Positions 12,166 to 21,989 of a stretch of 64,000 bases of DNA are shown here, piece by piece. The stretch's first letter is position 1. Each line of letters opens with the position of its first letter. Below the pieces are notes generated by a model. That model saw only the letters and a list, made by a program, of their open reading frames with translations. It did not search any database and had not been told where the DNA came from. This DNA is from Patescibacteria group bacterium (lineage in GTDB: Bacteria > Patescibacteriota > CPR2 > UBA1875 > CAIMLA01): NCBI GenBank assembly GCA_041738615.1, contig JBGSPL010000001.1:10706-74705 (forward strand), read 5' to 3'. A program made the translations under genes and the position numbers.

Positions 12166-12792
12166 ATGAGAGCGATAAGCCAAAAACCAACCGACCTTTG
12201 GAAAGAGGTCGAGCGAGCACTCGCTGAGCACACAGCCAGTGGGTATAAGATGGCGTGTATCGAAGCAGAAAAAGCTTTTTACTATAAACTGCGTGAAAGA
12301 GGGTATCCAACCAAGAACATAAAACAGGTACTGACTCTTTTTGGGTGGAAACTTTCGAATAAGGAGTCTCTTGCAAAAGCGCTGGAAAAGACCGAGCAGA
12401 TAAAGAACACTTTTGAGTACACTCTCTCTAGCTTTGAGGCAGAAGATATCGTGGCGGCATTCAAGGGTGCGGTTGATGACTTCAGTCACGCAAAAGCACT
12501 TTCCTGGCAGCGCAAACTCACGGTTTTTTGGGATAACTATGTCTCTTACAAGTCATCTTTTGCCAAAATGGCTTCGGTATCTCTTCTCCTATTTTTTCTG
12601 TCAGTGAAGTTTCTATCGTCAACCGGGATAGGCCGTCAGCTTGTCGGCGGTGTTGTGGGGATCGCAGACTTTATCTTTTCTTGGTTTCTTTTGCTACTTG
12701 CCGCTGGAGGAATAGTGGCACTACTTGCCGCCAGTGGTGTAACTTGGTTTGAGAAGCGACAGATTAAGCTAAAAGATTTAAACAATGAATAA
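12166..12792 (+). CDS. hypothetical membrane protein
   Basis: ORF in tight operon context. Soluble N-terminal part and two or three C-terminal hydrophobic helices. Confidence 0.45.
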   Translation: MRAISQKPTDLWKEVERALAEHTASGYKMACIEAEKAFYYKLRERGYPTKNIKQVLTLFGWKLSNKESLAKALEKTEQIKNTFEYTLSSFEAEDIVAAFKGAVDDFSHAKALSWQRKLTVFWDNYVSYKSSFAKMASVSLLLFFLSVKFLSSTGIGRQLVGGVVGIADFIFSWFLLLLAAGGIVALLAASGVTWFEKRQIKLKDLNNE

Positions 12793-13258
12793 ATTTAATT
12801 ACAAACAGCCATTTATTGTGGTGGGCGTATTGGCGGAACGAGACGGAAAGTTCCTATTTGTGCAGGAGGCTGACGGCCCCGACGCAGGTAAATGGAATAT
12901 TCCAGGCGGAACCCTTGACCCAGGGGAGACTCTAGCAGAAGGGGCTGTACGTGAGTTTTGTGAAGAAACAGGGCACGAGGTATCAATAGACGGGATATTG
13001 GGACTATACTACATCACTAAAGAGTATCCAGAGTGGGAAAGTAATGCCCTTCGGGTAGTATTTCGCGGCGTCGTGGGCGAGAAAACTTCTCAACCGTCTG
13101 AGGATATCATTCAGACAAGGTGGGTGGATAGCAAGGAAGTCCAGGGGGCGCTAAGAGACGAGATTAGAAGCAAAGACATAACGGTAATGGTTAAGGATTT
13201 TCAGGAAGATAAGATACTTCCTCTGGATATCATCAATTACCACAAGGAGAAGGCATGA
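12785..13258 (+). CDS. NUDIX hydrolase
   Basis: Nudix box GGTLDPGETLAEGAVREFCEETG. Confidence 0.9.
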   Translation: MNKFNYKQPFIVVGVLAERDGKFLFVQEADGPDAGKWNIPGGTLDPGETLAEGAVREFCEETGHEVSIDGILGLYYITKEYPEWESNALRVVFRGVVGEKTSQPSEDIIQTRWVDSKEVQGALRDEIRSKDITVMVKDFQEDKILPLDIINYHKEKA

Positions 13259-13803
13259 TCCATTTTATTACAGGGAATCCAGGAAAACTAAAAGAAGTAA
13301 GGGAAATACTTGGTAATATCCAGATAGAACAGTTGGACATTGACCTACCAGAGATTCAGGAGCTTGATCCGCACAAAGTAATTGCCGCCAAGCTTGCAGA
13401 GGCTCGTAAACATCACAAGGGTGAGATGATAGTAGAGGACACTTCGCTATATCTCGACGCTTTGGGTGGGAAATTACCTGGTCCATTTATCAAGTGGTTT
13501 CTGGAAAGTTTGGGAGCCGAGGGTATTGCAGAGATTGCTACCAGGTACGGAATTCACGGGGCTAAGGCAACCAATCTACTTGGCTACATGGATGCCAATG
13601 GAAACGTAAAGTTTTTTGAGGGTAGCATCAAAGGGAACGTGGTTTATTCTCGCGGAGCCAATGGTTTTGGTTGGGATCCTATATTTCAGCCAGATAAATA
13701 TATCAAGACTATGGCCCAGCTCACAGGCGAAGAGAAGAATAAGATTAGTCATAGACGAATTGCGCTAGAAAAACTTAGGGAGTACCTCGGTGGCAGACGC
13801 TAG
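13255..13803 (+). CDS. rdgB: non-canonical purine NTP pyrophosphatase (RdgB/Ham1 family)
   Basis: ITGNPGK, EDTSL, FGWDPIF and SHR motifs of the Ham1 family. Confidence 0.9.
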   Translation: MIHFITGNPGKLKEVREILGNIQIEQLDIDLPEIQELDPHKVIAAKLAEARKHHKGEMIVEDTSLYLDALGGKLPGPFIKWFLESLGAEGIAEIATRYGIHGAKATNLLGYMDANGNVKFFEGSIKGNVVYSRGANGFGWDPIFQPDKYIKTMAQLTGEEKNKISHRRIALEKLREYLGGRR

Positions 13804-14116
13804 GTATTTAGTTGTTGAGACGACAGTCGATTCGGCCGCAGAAGCAGATAAATTAGCTTTATTGGTGCTGGATTTTCGTTTGGGTGCATGCGTGCAGGTA
13901 ATTCCTGGGGTCAGTAGTAAGTACTTCTGGAAAGATAAAATTGAGGAAGCGGGTGAGTTTATTCTACGAATAAAGAGTCGGGAAGATAAATATGACGCCT
14001 TAGAGACGTTGATTCTCGCTAATCATCCATATGAAATACCAGAAATAATTGCCGCAAAGGTAAAGAAAATTTCAAAAGGCTACGCCAACTGGCTAGACAC
14101 CGAACTAGACCGCTAA
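13790..14116 (+). CDS. cutA: divalent-cation tolerance protein CutA
   Basis: About 108 aa, HPYEIPEII CutA1 signature. Confidence 0.8.
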   Translation: MADARYLVVETTVDSAAEADKLALLVLDFRLGACVQVIPGVSSKYFWKDKIEEAGEFILRIKSREDKYDALETLILANHPYEIPEIIAAKVKKISKGYANWLDTELDR

Positions 14117-14257
14117 AACAACACAAAAACCGCACTTAATCAAGACTTGTTAGCCCCTAAATAAGGGGCTAAAATAGGTATAGATTTGAGGTGTTCACAC
14201 TACTTTGTAGGGGAACCTTTTATCATAATGGTTCTATTTTTTGTATAAGGGGGAATA

Positions 14258-17200
14258 TTGTCCGCAGCTAAGCCAAAATTTGTTCATTTGCACGTTCATA
14301 CTCATTACTCTCTCCTCGACGGGATGGGCAAAATTCCCGACTACTTGGATCGGGCGAAGGCGCTTGGTATGCCGGCGATGTCTATTACCGACCACGGTGT
14401 TATGTACGGTGCAATCGAGTTCTACAAAGAGGCCAAGAAGCGCGATATCAAACCAATCATTGGATGCGAGTGCTACGTTGCTCCACGGACACTTCACGAT
14501 AAAGAAGCCAGAATCGATAATAGGCCACACCATTTGGTACTACTTGCCAAGAATAACACCGGCTACAAGAATTTGATGAAGCTGGTTACCATCGCCCATA
14601 TCGATGGCTACTATTACAAACCGAGGATCGATAAGGATACTCTGCGGCAGCACTCGGAGGGCCTAATCGGGATGTCTGCATGTCTCAACGGGGAACCTGC
14701 GCGAAATGTTATGAATGGGGATTACGAAAAGGCAAAGGCAGCAGCTCTAGAATACGAAGAAATCTTCGGTAAAGACCACTATTATTTGGAGCTTCAGGAT
14801 CAGCCAGGTGCAGAAGAGCAAACGAGAGCCAACGAGGGCCTCAAGAAGATTGCCAAAGAAACAGGGATTGGACTTGTCGTTACAAATGATGTTCACTACG
14901 TGAACAAAGATGACGCAGAGGCTCAAGACATCCTGCTCTGCGTACAAATGGGCAAGACAGTAAACGACGAAGATCGCATGAAAATGACGATGGACAACAG
15001 TATGCGTACTTACGAGGACCTGTTGGAAGCATTTCCAGACGTTCCCGAGGCTTTCGAAAATACGGTGAAGATAGCTGAAATGTGTGATGTCAGTATAGAG
15101 CTTGGGGGCATCCTGATTCCTGACTACCCAGTCCCAGCAGGTTTCACGGTTAGTGCCTATCTGGAAAAACTTGTAAACGAGGGGGTTTCAAAACGCTACA
15201 AGGAGCGCACACCGGAGCTTGAGGAGCGTTTGAAGTACGAGCTTGGCGTGATAGAACGTATGGAATACCAGGGCTATTTCTTGATAGTTCAGGATTATGT
15301 GAACTGGGCCAAAGACCAAGGAATCATTGTAGGCCCAGGCCGCGGATCAGCGGCTGGATCAGTAGTGGCATACGCGCTAGGGATTGTAGATCTCGAACCG
15401 ATGCAGTATGACCTCCTTTTCGAGAGATTCCTAAATCCAGACCGTATATCCATGCCTGACGTAGATATGGACTTTGCGGATGACAGACGCCATGAGGTAA
15501 TCTCTTATGTAACGGAGAAGTATGGCCAGGATAAGGTGGCACAAATCATAACCTTTGGAACGATGAAGGCTCGCAATGCAATTCGCGATGTAGGACGAGC
15601 ACTCGGTATGGTTTATGGTGATGTGGACCGAGTGGCAAAGATGGTTCCTGAGGTCCTCAACATTCGTCTCAAGGAAGCCCTAGAGACAGGACCAGAGCTG
15701 AGGAAGGCATATAACGAAGAGCCGGAGATCAAGCACCTTATTGATCTAGCGATGAGACTCGAGGGTGTAGCGCGTCATAGTTCTACCCACGCTTGTGCTG
15801 TTGTGATTTCTCGTGACCCCCTGGTCGAGTATGCTCCTCTGCAAAAGGCAACCAAAGGTGATATCGCCATCAATACACAATACGAGATGCACGCGATTGA
15901 AGATCTTGGTCTGCTCAAAATGGACTTCCTGGGTCTTTCCAACCTGACTGTCCTAAACAATGCGATGCGCATAGTCCGCAAGGTATATGGCGATGAGATA
16001 GACCTTTATACCTTACCGACCGACGATAAGAAGACGTATCAACTGCTTTCAAAAGGAGAAACTACTGGTGTTTTCCAATTGGAATCTGCAGGGATGAAGC
16101 GATATATCAAAGAACTAAAGCCTACGGTTTTTGAAGATATCATAGCGATGGTTGCTCTGTATCGCCCAGGTCCTATGGAGAACATCCCTGAGTTTATTGC
16201 TCGTAAGCATGGTAAAAAAGCGATTAAGTATCAGCATCCATTGATGGAGACGGCGCTCAAGAATACTTATGGAATTACCGTATATCAGGAACAGGTCATG
16301 CAGATTTCGAAGGATCTGGGCGGGTTTACTGGGGGACAGGCAGATACTTTGCGTAAGGCTATTGGGAAAAAGATCTCAAAACTGCTCAAGCAGATGCGCA
16401 CAGAATTCGTAGACGGTGCAAAACGTGAACACGATGTACCGCCAAAACTAGGCAACGAGATCTTTGACGGTTGGGAAGCCTTTGCTTCTTACGCTTTCAA
16501 TAAATCTCACGCTGCTTGTTATGCCCTGATTTCATATTGGACAGCGTATCTGAAGGCACACTATCCGGCAGGCTTTATGGCTGCACTGATGACCTCTGAT
16601 TATGGAAATATGGATCGCATTACCATAGAGATCGACGAGTGTCAAAGAATGGGGATCGAGGTTCTTCCCCCCGATGTGAATGAATCATTTGCCGAGTTTG
16701 GCGTCGTTAAAGATACGGGTAAGATTCGTTTTGGTCTCATGGCTGTAAAGAACGTGGGTAAAGGCCCTATAGAAGCTATCCTTGCAGCTCGCGAGGAGGG
16801 TGGCAAATTTGTCTCGATTGAGGATTTTGCCCGACGTGTTCATACGTCAGAGGTCAACAAAAAGATGTTGGAGTCACTCATCAAGTGCGGTGCCATGGAT
16901 TGCCTGGGAGATCGAGGTACATTACTTTCCAATATGGAACGTATCCTAATGTTTAGTACTAAATCGCAAGGCAGCGCCGCAAGCGGGCAGATAGACCTTT
17001 TTGGTGGTCAGGGGATAGAGATGCCACCGCTCAAGCTAGAGCCAGCGCCACGGAAGCTGACAACTCGGGAGCTTCTAGGCTGGGAAAAGGAACTCCTCGG
17101 CATCTATATATCGGCGCACCCCATAAACGAGTACAAAGAGATTTTAATAAAAAATAACATTACCCCGATAGTAGAGCTCACAGAAGAAATGAATAATCAG

Positions 17201-17728
17201 ACCGTTCGGATAGGTGGAATTCTCGTTACCTTGCAGAAGATACAGACCAGAAATAAGCAAACTATGTTTTTTGCGGGATTCGAAGACCACACTGGAAAGA
17301 CAGAGCTGATTGTGTTCCCGAAAATTATCGAAGAAGACGGGATGGACAACTGGGTGATTGGAAAGGCGCTGCTTGTCAGAGGTAAGGTAAGCACCAAAGA
17401 TGCGATGGTAAAGGTAATTGTAGACAAGGCATTAACACTGGAGGGGAGCAATATGATAGGAGAAGACGTTCAGGTGGTGGACCCGCTAATCAATCAATCA
17501 GTTCAGATGGATTCAGATGGGACTGTAAGTATCTATATTCCACGGGGAACGGTGAACGAGGCTTTAAATGACATCAAATATAAGCTAGCAGCTAACAAGG
17601 GAGAAACCCCGGTCGTTGTTTATGTACCAAATGGCGCCACTGGACCCAAGAAGGTGAAGCTACCATTCGGAATCGCCTATAGTGAGAAGCTAGCTGAATC
17701 GATAAGAAAACGATTAAACGCGAACTAA
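14258..17728 (+). CDS. dnaE: DNA polymerase III alpha subunit DnaE (TTG start)
   Basis: PHP domain HLHVHTHYSLLDG, polymerase core, and an OB-fold near the C-terminus. GGGGG SD 4 nt upstream of the TTG. Confidence 0.95.
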   Translation: MSAAKPKFVHLHVHTHYSLLDGMGKIPDYLDRAKALGMPAMSITDHGVMYGAIEFYKEAKKRDIKPIIGCECYVAPRTLHDKEARIDNRPHHLVLLAKNNTGYKNLMKLVTIAHIDGYYYKPRIDKDTLRQHSEGLIGMSACLNGEPARNVMNGDYEKAKAAALEYEEIFGKDHYYLELQDQPGAEEQTRANEGLKKIAKETGIGLVVTNDVHYVNKDDAEAQDILLCVQMGKTVNDEDRMKMTMDNSMRTYEDLLEAFPDVPEAFENTVKIAEMCDVSIELGGILIPDYPVPAGFTVSAYLEKLVNEGVSKRYKERTPELEERLKYELGVIERMEYQGYFLIVQDYVNWAKDQGIIVGPGRGSAAGSVVAYALGIVDLEPMQYDLLFERFLNPDRISMPDVDMDFADDRRHEVISYVTEKYGQDKVAQIITFGTMKARNAIRDVGRALGMVYGDVDRVAKMVPEVLNIRLKEALETGPELRKAYNEEPEIKHLIDLAMRLEGVARHSSTHACAVVISRDPLVEYAPLQKATKGDIAINTQYEMHAIEDLGLLKMDFLGLSNLTVLNNAMRIVRKVYGDEIDLYTLPTDDKKTYQLLSKGETTGVFQLESAGMKRYIKELKPTVFEDIIAMVALYRPGPMENIPEFIARKHGKKAIKYQHPLMETALKNTYGITVYQEQVMQISKDLGGFTGGQADTLRKAIGKKISKLLKQMRTEFVDGAKREHDVPPKLGNEIFDGWEAFASYAFNKSHAACYALISYWTAYLKAHYPAGFMAALMTSDYGNMDRITIEIDECQRMGIEVLPPDVNESFAEFGVVKDTGKIRFGLMAVKNVGKGPIEAILAAREEGGKFVSIEDFARRVHTSEVNKKMLESLIKCGAMDCLGDRGTLLSNMERILMFSTKSQGSAASGQIDLFGGQGIEMPPLKLEPAPRKLTTRELLGWEKELLGIYISAHPINEYKEILIKNNITPIVELTEEMNNQTVRIGGILVTLQKIQTRNKQTMFFAGFEDHTGKTELIVFPKIIEEDGMDNWVIGKALLVRGKVSTKDAMVKVIVDKALTLEGSNMIGEDVQVVDPLINQSVQMDSDGTVSIYIPRGTVNEALNDIKYKLAANKGETPVVVYVPNGATGPKKVKLPFGIAYSEKLAESIRKRLNAN

Positions 17729-17747
17729 AATCAATCTATATTTTTGG

Positions 17748-17768
17748 GAGCCCGCGAGGGCTCTTTTT
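17748..17768 (+). terminator. rho-independent terminator after dnaE
   Basis: GAGCCC-GCGA-GGGCTC hairpin followed by TTTTT. Confidence 0.8.
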
Positions 17769-17779
17769 GGATAAAAGTC

Positions 17780-17808
17780 TTGTGCAAAGAGGGGATTTGT
17801 GTTATAAT
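17780..17808 (+). promoter_or_regulatory. promoter with extended -10 (TTGTGC-17-TGtTATAAT) driving GC-rich cassette 1
   Basis: TATAAT at 17803-17808 preceded by TGn. Weak -35 TTGTGC 17 nt upstream. Confidence 0.5.
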
Positions 17809-17932
17809 CTTTTTTGTCAATCTGTACCCAAACCAATCGATTGGAGGATGAGGCCGATGCCTCACGATGCAAGTCCGTAGGATGGTCCTGCCCAAAGAGG
17901 GGACCAGAAACTACGGAAGTAATAGGGGAACC

Positions 17933-18139
17933 ATGTTCCAGACGGAAGATGAGCGGCGTATGTCGCTCGAACAGGCGCTTCGTGAAGTCGAGTACTTCAT
18001 CGCCAAGGGCGAAGCCTATATTAGGGAGCACGTTGATCACCTGGTGAAGGTTCTTACCCCGCATCACGAGGAGCCGGCTATCCAGGAGTTCGTCTCCAAC
18101 TACCAGATCGAGCTTGCAACCGAGACCGTCGAGTCGTAG
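17933..18139 (+). CDS. hypothetical small protein (68 aa) in GC-rich cassette 1
   Basis: AGGGGAA SD, then ATG at 17933. The predicted protein has helical character (MSLEQALREVEYFIAKGEAYIREHVDHLVKV...). The ORF-track start at 17867 lacks an SD. Confidence 0.45.
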   Translation: MFQTEDERRMSLEQALREVEYFIAKGEAYIREHVDHLVKVLTPHHEEPAIQEFVSNYQIELATETVES

Positions 18140-18157
18140 CCGAAAGGAACTGTAGTC

Positions 18158-18376
18158 ATGACGGGGTCCACTTGCACTGAAAGCACGCATGTCCCGCTTG
18201 CAGAGGCTGATCCGCTCACCCTCGCGCGTCGCATGATGCGACACTACGTGGAGGGTGAACACAACCGTCCGATGTCGGACATCTGCAAGCGAGTCTACGC
18301 AGGCTGGATGCGTGATCACGTCAGTGATCCCGACATCGCCGCCTTCGTGGAACTTCACGGTCTTCAGGCTGCCTAG
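18158..18376 (+). CDS. hypothetical small protein (72 aa) in GC-rich cassette 1
   Basis: AAAGGAA SD upstream of the ATG, 18 nt after the previous stop. No family recognised. Confidence 0.4.
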   Translation: MTGSTCTESTHVPLAEADPLTLARRMMRHYVEGEHNRPMSDICKRVYAGWMRDHVSDPDIAAFVELHGLQAA

Positions 18377-18527
18377 CGGTCTGATCGATTAGGTTTACTG
18401 ACTTCCAGGCAACCCGTGATGGGTCCCTGAGGAAGATAGAGGTTGGTAAGGTGGAATACACTGTCCCGTAGGTGATTGTTCCGAGCTTTCGGAGCATGAT
18501 ATGGCGCAGTCCCACCCGACCCATTAT

Positions 18528-18561
18528 GAGCACAAATGCGAAAGAGCGTTTGTGCTCTTTT
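18528..18561 (+). terminator. rho-independent terminator closing cassette 1
   Basis: GAGCACAAA-(12 nt loop)-TTTGTGCTC hairpin followed by TTTT. Confidence 0.7.
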
Positions 18562-18578
18562 CGTTATAGACAAAATGA

Positions 18579-18607
18579 TTGACTATCGGCCAATATTTAG
18601 CTATAAT
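18579..18607 (+). promoter_or_regulatory. sigma70-like promoter for rplS (TTGACT-17-TATAAT)
   Basis: TTGACT at 18579-18584 and TATAAT at 18602-18607. Confidence 0.6.
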
Positions 18608-18665
18608 AGTTCTCGCGTATTTAGTCCGCGAACAACCATAAATTTCGAACGGACAGGGAGTAGTT

Positions 18666-19340
18666 ATGAAAGCAATCGAAGCTATGAATCAGAAAATGTT
18701 GAAGAACGTACCAGAGCTAAAGCCTGGTGATACTGTTCGCGTACACACCAAGATCATCGAGGGTAGCAAGGAACGTATCCAGGTATTTGAGGGAGTTGTA
18801 CTTAGGGTAAAGGGTGGTGGAATCAATCAGACTTTCACTGTTCGTAAGCTTTCGTATGGTATTGGCGTAGAGCGTACTTTCCTTATTCAGTCACCAAAGG
18901 TAGCAAAGATCGAAATAAAGAAGAGAGCCAACGTTCGTCGTGCATATCTTACTTATCTACGCGCACTTCGTGGTAAGGCAGCCAAGCTTAAGGACCTCAA
19001 GTTTGACGCCCTGGCAGCAAACTATGTAGAACCAGAGCTTACAGCAGAGGATCTCGCGCCAGCAGCTGAGGAAATTACCGACGAGGCAATCACAGAGATT
19101 ATTGCGGAGGAGGCAGCAGAGGAAGCTGTTATTTCAGAAGAGGTTTCTACTGAAGACATCGCAGAAGCTGAGAATAGCGAAGAGGCCAAGGATGAGCCCA
19201 CTGACGCCGCTGAGACAGATCACCAGGTTGCCCAGGAAGAGGAAGTAGAGGCTGGAATTGAAAAAGCCGAAGCAGACCTTGAAAAGGGTAAGGATGGTGA
19301 AGGAGCCACAGCCGAGAAAACAGTCGAAGACGTACAATAA
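18666..19340 (+). CDS. rplS: 50S ribosomal protein L19 with a roughly 110-aa acidic C-terminal extension
   Basis: The N-terminal ~115 aa match L19 ([22 protein letters not shown]...). The C-terminus is E/A/D-rich and low-complexity. Confidence 0.9.
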   Translation: MKAIEAMNQKMLKNVPELKPGDTVRVHTKIIEGSKERIQVFEGVVLRVKGGGINQTFTVRKLSYGIGVERTFLIQSPKVAKIEIKKRANVRRAYLTYLRALRGKAAKLKDLKFDALAANYVEPELTAEDLAPAAEEITDEAITEIIAEEAAEEAVISEEVSTEDIAEAENSEEAKDEPTDAAETDHQVAQEEEVEAGIEKAEADLEKGKDGEGATAEKTVEDVQ

Positions 19341-19355
19341 TTATTACTTTAAAAA

Positions 19356-19377
19356 GAGCCCAGACGGGCTCTTTTTT
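19356..19377 (+). terminator. rho-independent terminator after rplS
   Basis: GAGCCC-AGAC-GGGCTC hairpin followed by TTTTTT. Confidence 0.8.
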
Positions 19378-19394
19378 GATGGTATAATCAATCT

Positions 19395-20015
19395 ATGAAA
19401 AGACCCAACCTCAAAAGAGAAAAACAGCTTTGGTCGGAAGGCATACTAAATATTGGGGGTATTGACGAAGCGGGGCGTGGTGCCTGGGCAGGACCAGTAG
19501 TCGCGGCCGTGGTCGTGCTACCAGAAGGCCACAAGCAGCACCGTAAGGTCGCTGATTCTAAGTTGCTCTCTGCCGCACAAAGAGCCGAGCTTTATGAATT
19601 TATTACAGACAACGCGCTAGACTTTGGAATTGGTATTGTCTCGCACCAAGTTATTGACGAGATAGGGATCCTAGCTGCCACGAAACTTGCAGCAAAACAG
19701 GCAGTCGAAATGCTAAGAGACCCGCCAGAATACTTGCTTTGTGACGCATTAGATCTAAATCAACAGATATCAGTGAGCCAGGAAGCTATCATAAAGGGTG
19801 ATCAAAAGATTTATTCAATTTCTTGTGCTTCTATTCTAGCTAAGGTTACCAGAGATAATCTTATGTCTTCCTTAGGCGGAGAGTATGATTGTTATGAATT
19901 CTCCAGGCATAAAGGCTATGGGACCAAGTTGCATCGGGAGAATCTACGCAAATACGGGGTTTCAGACATACATAGACTTAGCTATAAGCCAGTGAAGGCG
20001 CTTCTCGGTGAGTAG
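19395..20015 (+). CDS. rnhB: ribonuclease HII
   Basis: GIDEAGRGAWAGPVVAA catalytic motif. Confidence 0.9.
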   Translation: MKRPNLKREKQLWSEGILNIGGIDEAGRGAWAGPVVAAVVVLPEGHKQHRKVADSKLLSAAQRAELYEFITDNALDFGIGIVSHQVIDEIGILAATKLAAKQAVEMLRDPPEYLLCDALDLNQQISVSQEAIIKGDQKIYSISCASILAKVTRDNLMSSLGGEYDCYEFSRHKGYGTKLHRENLRKYGVSDIHRLSYKPVKALLGE

Positions 20016-20361
20016 AGAGGCGGGAAACATAGGCGAAGACGAGGCAGTGATTGTCCTTCAGAATGCTGGCTATCAGATACTAGAGAGAAATTTCTTTGCC
20101 CGGGTAGGTGAGATTGACGTAGTTGCACTGGACGGGAAGACAGTTTGTTTTGTTGAGGTTAAGAAACGTGCCTATGATAGTTTTGGTGGCGGTGCAGCGG
20201 CCATTAGTAAAACAAAAATTCAGAAGATTCTGAAATCGGCAAAAAGATATCTGTACAACAATAACTTGCTAGATAGGGATTATCGCCTGGACGCAGTAAT
20301 TATTAGTGGTAGCACGGAGCCGGAGATTATCAAGAATATCTATACCGAGGGGATGTCCTAA
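20008..20361 (+). CDS. yraN: YraN/UPF0102 family endonuclease
   Basis: GEIDVVALDGKTVCFVEVKKR core. Confidence 0.8.
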   Translation: MSREAGNIGEDEAVIVLQNAGYQILERNFFARVGEIDVVALDGKTVCFVEVKKRAYDSFGGGAAAISKTKIQKILKSAKRYLYNNNLLDRDYRLDAVIISGSTEPEIIKNIYTEGMS

Positions 20362-20362
20362 C

Positions 20363-20391
20363 TTGACAAGACCAAGTCTTTCACGTAGAAT
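20363..20391 (+). promoter_or_regulatory. sigma70-like promoter upstream of nusA (TTGACA-17-TAGAAT)
   Basis: Perfect -35 at 20363-20368 and TAGAAT at 20386-20391. Confidence 0.6.
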
Positions 20392-20409
20392 ATTTAGGTA
20401 CAGAGATTT

Positions 20410-20440
20410 GTCGGGTTCCGTAGCGGAATGCGACTTTTTT
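20410..20440 (+). terminator. intrinsic-terminator-like hairpin plus T6 in the nusA leader (candidate attenuator)
   Basis: GTCGGGTTCCG-TAG-CGGAATGCGAC followed by TTTTTT, about 20 nt downstream of the promoter and 60 nt before the nusA ATG. Confidence 0.5.
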
Positions 20441-20498
20441 GTTCAAAAGAGGAAAATTAAATAATATGGCCCAATAAAGGGCTAAGAAGGAGAGACCC

Positions 20499-21917
20499 AT
20501 GAATGCAGGTTTTGCAGATGCAATAAAACAAATATGTGAAGAAAAGAATATTTCGCAAGAAGTTGTGATGGAAACTATAGAGGCAGCTCTTGCGGCAGCT
20601 TATAAAAAAGATTTTGGTAGTAAGGAGCAAGAGGTTCGAGTAGAGCTAAATGCCGATACTGGCGAAGTCGTAGTATTTATCCAGAAAGAAGTTGTTGACG
20701 AGGTAGAGAACGAAGCCACTCAGATTGAGGTGACGAAGGCTAACATGTTCAAAAAAGGTGCCGTAGTCGGAGATACGATTGAGATAAAGGATCTTCCATC
20801 GGATTTTGGACGAATTGCTGCGCAGACTGCGAAGCAAGTTATTATTCAGCGTATTCGCGAGGCAGAGCGTGATATGGTCTTTGGCGAATACAAAGACAAA
20901 GAAGGCGAAGTTGTAAACGGTTCTGTTCAGAGGGTAGAGGGCAATAACGTCATTGTCGATATGGGTAAAGCCGCTGGGATTCTTTTTCCAAACGAGCAGA
21001 TTCAAGGCGAGCGTTACTATGCCGGCCAAAGGCTCAAGTTCTTTGTAGTCCGTGTCGAGCAAACAAACAAGGGGCCTCAGATTGTAATATCACGTTCTCA
21101 CCCTGGTTTGGTAAAGCGCCTTTTTGAGTTAGAAGTGCCAGAAATCCTTTCAGGAATTGTTGAGATCAAAGCGATTGCACGTGAGGCCGGGCAGAGGACC
21201 AAGATGGCTGTAGTCAGCAACCAAGAGGGCGTAGACCCCGTTGGTTCTTGTGTTGGTCAGCGTGGGGTTCGTGTACAGGCCGTTATGAATGAGATCGGTG
21301 ATGAGAAAATCGATATCATTCTCTGGGATGAAGACGAAAAAACCTTTATTTCAAACGCGCTTTCACCAGCCAAGGTAAACAAGATCGAGCTCAATGAAGA
21401 TGACAAAAAAGCCGAAGTTACAGTACCAGAGGATCAACTTTCTCTTGCTATCGGTAAGAGCGGTCAAAATGTCCGTCTTGCAGCTAAGCTTACGGGTTGG
21501 AATGTTGACATCAAGGGAGCTGATGATTCTGGTGTAGAGGCTGCAGCAAATGTACTTCGTCCAGTTGAAGATAAACGCGATCTAGAGGCAGAGCTACTAA
21601 AAGCCGTAGAAGGAGTTGAGGCACCCACATCTGACGTCGTTACAGAAGCTTCCGAAGAGGTAATTGAAACACCCGAGATAGCTGAAAGCAGCGAGCCTAC
21701 AGCCGGGTCAGAGATGATTACCGAGGATTCTATGGAAGACAACGCTGAGAATCCAGAAGTTTCTGCAGTTACCGAAGAACCTGCTATCGAAGATGTGGCG
21801 AGCGAACCCGTAGCAGAAGATATAACTCCACCTGTGGTAGAACCCGAAAATGGTGTGGATGAAATAGCTGAGCTGCTAGAAGAAGAAAAAGTCGAAGAGG
21901 CAGCGAAGCCAGAATAA
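20499..21917 (+). CDS. nusA: transcription termination/antitermination factor NusA with an acidic C-terminal tail
   Basis: S1 and KH1/KH2 regions (GVDPVGSCVGQRGVRVQAV). The C-terminal ~100 aa are E/A/P-rich. Confidence 0.9.
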   Translation: MNAGFADAIKQICEEKNISQEVVMETIEAALAAAYKKDFGSKEQEVRVELNADTGEVVVFIQKEVVDEVENEATQIEVTKANMFKKGAVVGDTIEIKDLPSDFGRIAAQTAKQVIIQRIREAERDMVFGEYKDKEGEVVNGSVQRVEGNNVIVDMGKAAGILFPNEQIQGERYYAGQRLKFFVVRVEQTNKGPQIVISRSHPGLVKRLFELEVPEILSGIVEIKAIAREAGQRTKMAVVSNQEGVDPVGSCVGQRGVRVQAVMNEIGDEKIDIILWDEDEKTFISNALSPAKVNKIELNEDDKKAEVTVPEDQLSLAIGKSGQNVRLAAKLTGWNVDIKGADDSGVEAAANVLRPVEDKRDLEAELLKAVEGVEAPTSDVVTEASEEVIETPEIAESSEPTAGSEMITEDSMEDNAENPEVSAVTEEPAIEDVASEPVAEDITPPVVEPENGVDEIAELLEEEKVEEAAKPE

Positions 21918-21989
21918 ATAGTATTCCTCGGAGTTGAAGTTTGGGTATCCAAACCGCAGTACAGTGATTTGCGAAAACAGGGAGGAAAA

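Noticed and set aside
17714-18358. 214-aa - strand ORF
   Set aside because: It is antisense to the dnaE 3' end, the dnaE terminator and both cassette-1 genes. Long spurious ORFs are expected in GC-rich DNA, and there is no SD.
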